From contig OZ287751.1 in NCBI GenBank assembly GCA_965649765.1, positions 59,768,001-59,832,000 of the forward strand: a DNA stretch of 64,000 bases. The letters run 5' to 3'. Shown here piece after piece: positions 1 to 10,228 of this stretch. A program made the position numbers and the translations under genes. The stretch comes from Bispira polyomma. Its lineage: Eukaryota. The notes beneath the pieces were generated by a model. The model saw nothing but the letters and a program-made list of their open reading frames with translations. It made no database searches and had not been told where the DNA came from. How positions within the stretch are numbered: the stretch's first letter is position 1; each line of letters begins with the position of its first letter.

Positions 1-415
1 CGTAGGTCCCATTTTATAAAAAGCAAATAGGCGGCAATCTTGTGTTTTCGAATGGGTCCAAATACAATCCCAACCAAGCTATTGACATGATACACCTCCA
101 CAACAAATTTTGTGATTATATCAGCAATACTTTTCCTTTAAATGTCCGGAAACCATTTTCAAAAAGGTGGTCGTGGTGGCCATCTTGTTTTTTGGAATGG
201 GTTCAAACACAATCCCAACCAAGCTATTGATATGATACACCTCCACATGGTGATGATAGCTGCAATACTTTTCCTTAACTTGTCCGGAAACCAAAATGTT
301 GACGGACAGATGGACAGACGGAAACTAAAATGTTGACTGACAGACGTACGACTGGCCAGACGTCAGACACATCAATCTAATAGGCGTGTTGTTTACAAGC
401 AACCCACCCAAAAAT
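1..415 (+). mobile_element. 3' part of a non-autonomous Helitron/Helentron-like (HINE/pearl-type) repeat
   Basis: Two imperfect ~145-bp tandem cores (atcttg..gaatggg..caatcccaaccaagctattga at 37 and 182), then a GACG/GACA microsatellite (301-370), then a degenerate terminal palindrome (aggcgtgttg..caacccacc, ~382-409). This layout is typical of invertebrate HINE-type elements. Confidence 0.55.
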
Positions 416-804
416 TATCTAAAGCACAAAACAGCTAAATTATTCAGACATTAACAATCAAAAGTTAACTACTGTGGCATATTACTTAAACATTTTGTCC
501 ATCTTAAATGTATGCACAACTTTGGTAAGTAAGGGCAAAGGTGGAAGGGTAAAGGCAGTTGCTGAAATATACTGCCTCACCCCATCACTCTCTAGCCCCT
601 CTCTCCCAAGCCAAGAAGAACTAATCCTTGAGGGTATATACTTTTATTATTATATAAAATGTATATGTAAAATATTTAAAATATAATCTAAACTACAGTC
701 TATGTACATTTTTGGTAAGTGATACACATCATTAACATTACAAAATTTCAATCTTAAGCATGAGGCCAGGTAGGTCTTACACTCTTGTGGCCCAACTTAA
801 CTTT

Positions 805-1031
805 TCACTTTAAGCTGAGGCTCAAACTTGTATTTAATTAGTTATAATTTTTGAGTTTAAGGTGCCCTTAGCCTAAGTTCAGGATGCACCTTGGACAATA
901 CTTTAAGGTGGCCCTAACTTGAGGGGACACCATAGTAAACTTAAACTGCATTAGTTTAAGGTTACCCTAACCCAAAAAAAGGGGGGGATTATGAGTTTAA
1001 GAGAAAAGTTTCTCGACCCAGTTGACCTCAA
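805..1031. repeat. Array of 15-bp quasi-palindromes (TTAAGG-NNN-CCYTAR) in the 3' region of element 1
   Basis: ttaagctgaggctcaa at 810, ttaaggtgcccttag at 857, ttaaggtggccctaa at 903, ttaaggttaccctaa at 956; spacing 46-53 bp. Confidence 0.7.
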
Positions 1032-1106
1032 CTTGCACAATTCTTTTTATTTCATAGCATAAGAATACATAAAAAGCCTCAAACCCAACAAGTAGGTGTA
1101 TGAGCA

Positions 1107-2063
1107 TCAGATTGCATTTAACAGACACTGAAAGGTGGTAGCCACTTCAGTAGTATTTATGTTTGCTTGTATATATGTCCAAACACAGTCCAACGTCCAG
1201 GTGCCATGATTTTTTATGTGCTGTATCAGCACTTGCGCCTGGTATGCCAGAGTTGCACCTAAACGCCGGAACGCGTGAAAGGTGTAAAAATTAGAGGGGC
1301 AACCCAATTTTGTATTAAGTCGAGCCAAAATCTTCCTCACCCTAGAATATGTGACTATCTGCCTACCATTCTGTGTTCCACATTGAAACAAGGGTTCGTT
1401 TTTCCTTGGGTTGTACAATTTGAAAGGCCTTTTTAAGGCTGCATATGGACATAAAACTGATGAATTCAGTCCAGGCAATGTAATTATCTGTACCTTATCT
1501 CTACTTTGCAACGTCTTGGACCATTTTAGCAGCAGTTTGACTGTGTTATTTTCAAAGAAGACATCTCCATCAGTGAAATGGCGTGATGAGTCAAATTCCC
1601 TCACAGAATGTGAGGCCAGATGAGAAAGGCGAAAGAAGCCAAAAAACCCTGTCAAAAATATAGCTTTATATACTTGAGGATTACTGATGTGAGCACAATG
1701 CCTTATTAATTGTTCTAATGTGTTGATGTCTAGCACATTCCTTTTTACCACTGCATGGGTTCTGTTGATTTCTACAGATTTTATGAAATATTTTGTTTTG
1801 GGATGGTCAAACAACTGAAATGAAAGATCATAGACCACACACATTGCTTTCAAAGCTGAGATATAGTTTGCTATCATGTAAACAGAAACTTTGTTCACTA
1901 CCATATATTCTAAGAATGACATAATACCTCTAATCTTCAGAGCTTCTAATATTAGCCATGAATGTTCTAAACAAGCTCTCATAACATTTTCTTGTCTTGG
2001 GCCTGAATGTTGTATGAAGCCTTTTACTTGCTCCCACTTGTAATGTTCTAAGTGCTTATGTGC
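1107..2063 (-). pseudogene. Tyrosine recombinase of element 1 (one stop and one frameshift near the N-terminus)
   Basis: Catalytic motifs FFRLS (R), WSKT (K), HAFRR, HGTW and VWTY in ORF 1107-1982. The N-terminal TTFRPKT..Y..FRTF segment reads from the splice acceptor at 2064. Confidence 0.9.
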
Positions 2064-2117
2064 CTACAAAACAAAGCATAGTATCTTGACTTCACAGCTT
2101 TAATGTTGTGGTTATAT

Positions 2118-4124
2118 TTATAACGTGTCATCTAATTGTGTCAATTCTATTGAGGTTTTTAACCACACTGGACTGTACACTAAAGTATTTAATTCTGTAA
2201 TATTGCTCACTGAATTCGTCCATCTGGACAGTAAGTCTGCAACTCTGTTCTCCATACCTAACACGTGCACATACTGTATGTCAAAATCTGCTGTGGCTGC
2301 CAAGTACCACACATTTCTTGCACAAGCTGACAAGAATGGGTCTCTAGCCTTACCCGAATTGAGCACATGTACTACTGCTTGATTGTCACATTTTATAAGT
2401 ACTTTAGTACCTTGCCAATATGTTTTGTAAAGTTTCAATGTCACAAGAATGTTAATCATTTTCAGGTGAACAATACCGAGGTTTTTGGAAATTTAGAGGG
2501 ATGGGGAGGTGATATACCAGACTCCTCCATCTACCTCCCAAACAATATCTAGTTCCAACGTGTGATCTGTTGTTTTATGCCCATACATGGATATGCCATT
2601 GTAATCAGGTAGAAATTTTTGGAACCACCTGAAGTCACGTTTGAAACTGTCTGTTAATTCGACTTTATTTGGATTTTCAATATTTCTGAGTAGGTCCAGC
2701 ATTCTATTTAGAAAATACCTTGCTGGCTTGACGTATTTGTGTACGTATAATAGCTGCCCTAATAGTGATTGCAGCTGTTGTTTTGTACAGTAGTTTTTGG
2801 TCTGCCAGTGCTTTACTGTGGATTTAATTTCTACTAATTTCTCTTCCGCTATAGCTACGGTTCCCTTTACTTTATCAACCAGTAATCCTAGGCACACAGC
2901 CTGTGTACTAGGAGCTACCAGTTTTTTCTGACTGATAGTCAGTCCTAATTTTTCTATAACCTCATATAAATATTCAAATGAGTATTTTGCTACTGTGGGT
3001 GAGCCGTACCCCAAAAAGTCGTCTATATAATTTATGACACTAAATCCACGCTAACGCATAATGTAACGCACTGCGTCACTGACGCGTTGAAAGAACTGAC
3101 TTCCGAGGCAACTCCCAAATGTGGAGGGAGACATGTATCAATGTAAGTACCTTGCCAGTTCAAACAAAGCAAGTCATAATCCATGGGGTCTATTTTCAAA
3201 TGACGAAACGCGCGACTCACATCTAGCTTGTAAATGTGTGCACCCTTTTCTAATTTGGTTATTTCCCTAGTTAAGTCATCAATAGTTGGAAAGCTCAATT
3301 TAAAGTCTGCACCTAGGTAGCTATCTTTCTCAACACCCGCGTTGACTGAATAACCCTTTGGCCAGCTTAAATCTATTATTACTCGCCTATTCACAGAGTT
3401 TGGCTTGTGCCTTGTCATAAATGGAGAATGGTGACCATTCTCAATCAGATTTTTGTCAAATGGACCTATTAAGGCTCCATGTTGTTTTTCTTTATCAATG
3501 TAAACGTCTTTAGAATACTCACTGGCAGATTTATAGTTATCAACATCACTCTTGAAATGGCACTTTCTATTAAAACCCAATGGAAATCCGAACTCGAGTA
3601 ATTGGAGTAATTGTTTATCCCAATAACCATTCAACATTTATTTCCATTGTTCCATGTCCAATTGAGAGACGACAGGTATTCGCCCCCCATGAAATTAGGC
3701 CGACCCCCTTTTTCACCTCATAATACCGCCTAATTGGACATTCAATGGACATTTTTTCATTGTCTGTGCTGTCAGGGAGTGTGGGCTCACTTAACGGAAT
3801 AAAACCAAACTGGAATTCTGCTTGTTTTGTGAACAGGTCGAAACTTTGGCAATCTCTCATCACTTGTTTTGATTTGACTTTTCTCTCATTGTCAAACAAA
3901 ATGGAGTTAATGAATTTCTCATCCATGCCATTAATATTAAACACCCGTTTGGTCTCACATTTTGGTTTTTTTACCCCCATTATTTCTGACATTTTGTACA
4001 TTCTTAGGGGGGGGGGGGCTTTCATTTTTGTTCCCTTTTTGTTATTTTTGTTGTAAAATGTTTTAGCGTTGAGATGTTTGACACGCTGTGCTACTATTTC
4101 AGTAAAATTTCCTGCACTTGTCAC
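2118..4124 (-). pseudogene. Reverse transcriptase/RNase H of element 1 (frameshifted into 4 ORF pieces)
   Basis: GFPL, SPFMTRHK..RRVIIDLSWP, KLDVSRAFRHL, NYIDDFLG (~3010-3035), LQSLLGQL; RNase H motifs CDNQAVV and NRVADLLSR. Confidence 0.9.
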
Positions 4125-4257
4125 TTGCGCGCTCTATGTTGCTGACCCTTTTTTCTGTCCCTTGATTTTGGTAATTGGATAACTGTCTTTTGTGCTGGTG
4201 CGCCTTAGAGTCCTCTTTCTTAAGGGGAGATTAAGCGCAATAAAAGTCTAATTACAA

Positions 4258-5200
4258 TTACAATTTCTCAGGATGAGACAAAATTCGACCTGTAGTCAGA
4301 CAGTGAGAACAAATGTGTCTATGCAACTTACCACCAATTTCGTGGTATTTTGTGTGTTGACACGTACCGTTTTGCAAAAACTTGCAAAACCATGGCTTCT
4401 TACTCACATTATCTTGTTTTTTTCTCCCAATTTGTCCCGCTACTAAACCCACTACTGGTGTGTTCCGATCTATTCTGTTACTATCGTTCCATGTAAGAGT
4501 TCCCCGTTTCATTTCACATAGCAAGACAGCCTTGCCATGTGAAATCAGTGGCATCCTCCATGAATTCTGACATATACATGACCATTTTTTCTTTTTTCTC
4601 ACTGTCCGACTCTTCCATTATATTTTTACAGAAACCTTGCACCCACTGGGTTAATGACAATTGATCATATGATAACCTGTTCCTAGTTACTCCCCCAAGA
4701 ATTGCCTCTTAAGGCCATAATACCTTATTTTTGACCACTACGTCAACTGAACCCCTTTTGGATTTTATTTTGTTTGAATTATCAGTACCTGTACTGTGAC
4801 TGTCTCTCTCCAGTTCCCTTAATCTATTATCAACCGACGCTGGAACGAAACCGAGCTTTTGAGAGTTGATAAACTAGGCAAAACTTATTCCTCCTCAAAG
4901 GTACTTTTAATATTTGTTTTATGTTTCTGACTTAACATTGTTCTACTTAACTTTTCCATTGTCTTTCCATTGTCCCTAGGGCGTCTAATCCTGGATTCAC
5001 CGACCTGGTCTTCCACCGTGTCCAGCCTCGAGTTCACTCTCTGTAGTTGCTGCAAGATCTGCTTCTGGATGTCCTGGTCATCGCCGCTCGCCTCTGCCAC
5101 CAAATTCTTCCCGTCTCGAGTGTCCCGCCCGTGTTTTTACCAAAAGTGTCCTTCACTACACGGATTTCCTCCATAATGTCCTCAATGTCTGTGTCAATGT
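4258..5200 (-). pseudogene. gag-like ORF1 of element 1 (fragmented)
   Basis: Coiled-coil ILQQLQRVNSRLDTVE; KSKRG..LWP..SYDQLSLTQWVQGF (~4640-4770); C-terminal Cys/His finger CKFLQNGTC..H..HRHICSHC..HPEK. Colinear with the gag of elements 2 and 3. Confidence 0.75.
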
Positions 5201-5699
5201 TTTTTCCCTGTAGGTGGAGGGTGTCTATTTCCGCACTTTTTACACAGTGACTTCGATTGTGGCATTTTGCCAGTCTGTTAATTTTTTAATGTGCAATTTT
5301 ATGCACATAAAATCACTGAAATGAGAAGAAAACGATCCCACAGCACTCTGTTCTGACTACTCCAGTACTTGGTTTTTAACTCGGCAGACAATATGACTAA
5401 TTAACAAGGATGAATAATAAATTTCATCCCTTAATACCCAGCCCGAGGGCTAGACCAAGTCCTTGTGAAAGTCTCACATAAAACATAAGTAAACTGTTTG
5501 TAAAATAATGTAAACACGTAAATAAAATAAAGAAATCACAGAATCAAAAAGTTCCTGCCACACTTGTTTGTGACTCTATTTAAACTGACTGTTATTTACT
5601 AATAAGTCTCTTTCCTTACAGCTTCATCCAATCAGATACATTTATCTTAATATTTGCTTAGTAACATTGGGTTTGTTTATATCGACTTAAGAATTTTTA

Positions 5700-6418
5700 C
5701 CTGTCTCGACAACAGACTGGTAACCTCATGAATTTAAGGTTGTGGAGGACTGACAAGGGCAATGCCTTAACACTGTCCCCGAAGTCAGATTAACTCCAGA
5801 GAGCAGTAGACACCAGGCTTAAGGACCTGCAGCGAATAAATGAAACAGGTAACTTCAAGTCCCAAAGGGGAGGAACTGAAACAGTGTGGGTCAAGCAACA
5901 AGTGCCTTTGCCTCAAAATTTTATTTTGTGTGGGCAAAGTAAGACCTGTATGTCATATGACAATCTCTCAATGGCCCAGTGGGTATTTGGCTTAGTGCCA
6001 TTATTAAAGATGAAAGTAATTCAGAATTAAAAAAATGCAATGTTTGAGTACCTTTCCGAAGTAATGGAAAACTGCCATAATTTATAAAGGCAGTCACACC
6101 GTACTCCTATGTAAAATGGAGGAAGGCAAAGTATCCTGGCTAGAAACCCATAAGATTAAAATAATTCGCATGGCTCATGCTCAAAGGAGGTCAGCTTTTA
6201 AAAGTTAATCTCATTTCCAGGGAAACAAAAGTAACATCAATAAAGGCATGCCTTGCAGGTACTATCAGAAAGGCACTTGTCCGCAAAAAGGTGACCATGA
6301 AACTGGTGGTAAAAGTTATACACATGTATGTGCAACTTGCTCTGCTTTAGGAAAAAACCTTCCTTATCCTGAAAAAGACTGTAGAAGGGGAAAGGGAAAT
6401 GGTGCAAAAAACGATTAG
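5700..6418 (+). pseudogene. gag-like ORF1 of element 2
   Basis: GNFKSQRGG..PLPQNFIL..SYDNLSMAQWV (5848-5985); finger PCRYYQKGTC..H..HVCATC..PYPEKDC ending AKND* at 6416-6418. Confidence 0.7.
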
Positions 6419-6560
6419 GGCACTGCAAAACGACAGTGCATCCAAAGGGGTTGATAGTAAATAACCTAAATGGAAAGAGGGATTTGGAAAGCAGAGCAAA
6501 TTTTACTTTTTACAAAGCTGTCTGTAACTCCTGTATTAGTAACAATAAGAGTGACAACTG

Positions 6561-6810
6561 GAGATTAGACTGGGTTAAGCACACAAACAAATCATATGCA
6601 CAATTTGTGCAAATGAGAAATCAGGTAGTTAGTCTAAAACATGCTAACATGCAAACATAGAATCCCCAGTTGTCAGCCTAAAATTGAGATTAGACTGGGC
6701 TAAGCACACAAACAAATCATATGCACAATTTGTGCAAATGAGAAACCAGGTAGTTAGTCTAAAACATGCTAACATGCAAACATAGAATCCTCAGTTGTCA
6801 GCCTAAAATT
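6561..6810 (+). repeat. 125-bp direct tandem duplication inside element 2
   Basis: 6561-6685 and 6686-6810 are nearly identical (about 3 mismatches seen). Confidence 0.9.
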
Positions 6811-7299
6811 GTCCCTGTTGTACATAATACCAATGTGTTAGTCAAATGTAATAGAAGCCCACTAGGGGCGAAAAAAGTATATAAACAAACTAATGTAAAC
6901 CAGAATAATGTATTGAAATGTGACAGACAGTAAAGAGGTGGGGTAGGTGTGTAACACAAATTTGGCAGAACAATGAAGTAATTGTCCAAAACTGTTTTGA
7001 CCCTCTTTTAACACCTTATGAAATTGCCCCTACTAAAACTGATGCAAGGGACATCCCCAACAATAACACGGTTTATAAAACAGAAAAAGTATTCACGTAT
7101 ACCTATGAAGTACAGGAGGACAAGTACAACCTCCAGTTGCAGGTAAAAGCGCGACATAAAGAAGTAATAGCATTGGCTAAAAATGATGAAATTTAAAAAA
7201 ATGGAATAGCCAAACCCGAGGTAAATTTGGATATATTCCCCTGGGGCAATTAAAAACCCCCATGACTGATTAAGCGAAAGACAACGGTTTCTCGGCGTT

Positions 7300-8881
7300 C
7301 AGATTACATAATAAAGTCCAAAACATTAAAAAATACAACTTCATGGAAAAACTGCTGGTAGGTAAATTGAATTGAAATATGAGTGCTGGCATGAACTATT
7401 GCATGATTACTGGGAGGACATCCAGTTGCCTTACTTGATCCGATATGGCTTTCCGCTCGACTTTGACAGTACTTATGAAATAAAACATAAAGAACAAAAT
7501 TATCACTCCGCATGCGAGTTTACTGATGATGTCAGAGCGTATCTCAACAAAGAAGAAAAAGATCATGGAGGAATTTTGGGTCTGTTTGATCAACCCCCTA
7601 TTGAAGGGTTTTATATCTCCCCGTTCATGACCAGGGAAAAGCCGGGGGCCCTCCATAGGAGGGTCATTATTGATTAAAGTTTCCCACTTGGACAGTCAGT
7701 AAACTCTGCCATACGTCAAAATCAATATTTGGACACTGATTTTTTGTTAATATTGCCAACAATTGATGATTTAACCAATGAGATTACTAAATTGGGAAAA
7801 AAACGTACTCATTTACAAGTTGAATATAAGTTGCACGTTCCGTAATGTGAAATTGGACCCAGCAGACTATGACCTATTGGGCCTTAAGCTCATTATTATG
7901 TTGACATGTGTCTGCCATTTGGCTACAGGCATGGAAGTGCAATATTTCAACGCCTAAGTGACGCAATGCGTTACGTTATGCGCGTCAAGGGCTATGGCGT
8001 AATGAACTACATAAACGACGTAATTGGGTAAGGAAACACACCAGACGTTCACGACGCATATGCCGCTTTATATTAACTAGTGCAAGAATTAGGCTTAGAG
8101 TAACATACCTATGGGTGATAATTGATACAGAGAAGTTTACAATAGAAGTCCCTCCTGAAAAATTGACGCAAACACTAAAATTGTGTAATAGTTGGGTTGG
8201 AAAAAGCGAATGTTCAAAACGTGAACTCGAGTCGTTGCTGGGCTCACATCTGCATATCTCAAAATGCATTCGCATAGCAAGCTTTCTCAACAGAATGCTT
8301 GACTTATTGTGTAGCGCGCCGGATGCTAGACGCATATGCTTAGAACTCCCCTTTTCCAAGACTTCAACTGGTTCACAAAGTCACAGAAAAATTTAATGGA
8401 AAGGCATTCTTTGACCATAGTCCAGTTACTGATCACATTGAACTAGATGCTTGTCTAAAAGGCCTAGGAGGCAGGTGTAATGACGTGGTATATACAAAAT
8501 TGCTGCCATGAATTACCTAGAAATGAACATGGCTCGCCTGGAGATGTTAAATATGCTGGTAGCACTCCGGCTCTGGAAAAACACATGGCAGGGTAAGAAA
8601 CTGGTGGTCCACTGTGACAACCAAGCAGTTGTAACCATCTTAAACTCGGGCAAGACAAAATACTTAACCCTGGCATTGCACGTAACTTTTTCATGAAAGT
8701 GGCAAAGGGAGATATAAATATAAGGCCAGTCCATATCCTAGGTAAACTAAACGTGACAGCTGATCTGCTGTCTAGATGCCACAAGGTTCCTCAACCAGAT
8801 ATTAAGTTACAGCAGCTAGTTCCTGAACCATAATGGGTCAAGGTTTCTGATGAAATGCTAATCATTGATTGGAGTATTTAA
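7300..8881 (+). pseudogene. RT/RNase H of element 2 (many frameshifts and stops)
   Basis: YGFPLDFD, SPFMTREK..RRVIID, CLPFGYRHGS, NYINDV (decayed YIDD), LESLLG, LDACL, HCDNQAVV, ADLLSR. Confidence 0.85.
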
Positions 8882-8891
8882 TATATGTCAG

Positions 8892-9859
8892 ATGTTTCAC
8901 CCCTGGTATGCCATTTAGCTGTACACACAGCAAGCCAGCAGGCCTTTAGGCCAGCTACTCAGCAGGCCTATCAAACCATGTTCAGGATTTTTTTAGCCTA
9001 AACCATATTTGTAAGCGTCAATATTACACATATTTCCACCATTGTAGTACTATCCTTCCTCCAAGTTTTGGTAGATAGCAAGGTCTCACAGCCTTCAATT
9101 GCCAACCATCTAGCCGCCATCAAAACTAAGCTTAGTTTACAGGGGATCAATACTACAGCTTTTTCAGATCCACGTATTAGATTTTTCAGAAAGCTTTAAC
9201 TGTGCAGAGACCATTTAGAGCTAGAATTAACAAAGTAATCAATGTTTCGCTGTTGATCCAGATAGTTCAAATTTGTGATACATGGGACAGATATTTAAAG
9301 GTGCTTATCTTTTAGCCTTTTTCTCCAGATATCCAATCTGGTTCGTCATACCCTCACCACCTTCAATCCACTAGAACAGCTGGCTAGGGCAGATGTGCTT
9401 TTTGCTCCCCCTGGTCTGCAAATAATAATCAAATGGTCAAAGACCCTCCCAAATAGAAAATCTATAAAAATTATTAAAGTACCTCGCATCCTTTACCCTA
9501 TACTGTGCCCAGTAGTGGCCAATAAAAACGTACTTGCCCTTTCACCTCGGCTTAACAATTCCCCCTTATTTCAGTTTAAAACTGTAAGCGGTTGGGTTCC
9601 TCTAACAGATTCGAAGCTAAGGCTTAACCTTAAGCAAATCTTATCAAGACTTAAGTTATTAGATTCTCCTCTCACCTTCCATGATTTTAGGCACTCAGGA
9701 GCAACCCGCGCATTTAACAATCATGTTCCTCTCCAAGAAATTCAAAGCCATGGCACATAGACATCCGAATGCATATGGATATATATTACGAAAGATCATG
9801 ATGCCTCGGATCAGGTTTGAATAGCTTTCCAGAATCTATTTCCCAATCCTACTCTCTAA
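8892..9859 (+). pseudogene. Tyrosine recombinase of element 2 (degenerate)
   Basis: QAFRPATQQAYQTMFRIF N-terminus; WSKT, HDFRHSGAT and HGT in ORF 9395-9760; stop taa at 9857-9859. Confidence 0.85.
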
Positions 9860-9904
9860 GTTGGGTTTGGTGTTGTCTTTTTACTTAAACATATACTCAA
9901 AATC

Positions 9905-10228
9905 CTATACTCATGTTACCTCAGACTAAGCTCAGCTTATTCTCTAAACTTAAACTCAAATAAAACTTAAACTCATTAAGGTTACCCTAACTTAAATCAC
10001 CATCTTAAACTTAAGATGGCCTCAAACCAATTTCAATTGGCATCTTGAATTAAGATGACCTTAAACTTAAATCTTAAACTCACTTTAGGGTAACCTTAAA
10101 ACTTTTAGTTTAAACTTAATCTCAGTTTAAGGGGTGCCTTTACGATCACCTTGAACTCTTTTAGTCTTGACTTTAACTAAGTTTAAGGGGTGAGTTTACG
10201 ACTACCTTAAACATGGTGACCTTAGTCT
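9905..10228. repeat. Array of 15-bp quasi-palindromes and hairpins in the 3' region of element 2
   Basis: Units at 9976, 10011, 10050, 10085, 10140, 10196 and 10211. 9976-9990 and 10085-10099 are perfect reverse complements. Confidence 0.75.

Larger units (their letters stand above)
591..5454 (-). mobile_element. YR retrotransposon 1 (DIRS order, Ngaro/PAT-like, degenerate)
   Basis: Order on the minus strand is gag, RT, RNase H, YR, with no methyltransferase between RH and YR. Ends are inferred from an 8-bp inverted repeat (tctagccc 591-598 / gggctaga 5447-5454) and local similarity to the ends of element 3, so they are approximate. Confidence 0.85.

Noticed and set aside
1107-1982. Phage integrase or bacterial contamination
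   Set aside because: The YR is colinear with gag and RT/RH of DIRS-order type and is embedded among spliceosomal genes.
4125-4260. Recoding signal at the gag/pol junction of element 1
   Set aside because: No slippery heptamer or in-frame continuation is visible; the junction looks damaged.
9905-10228. CRISPR-like repeat-spacer array
   Set aside because: Repeats are only 15 bp and degenerate, spacers are low-complexity and related to each other, there are no cas genes and the context is eukaryotic.
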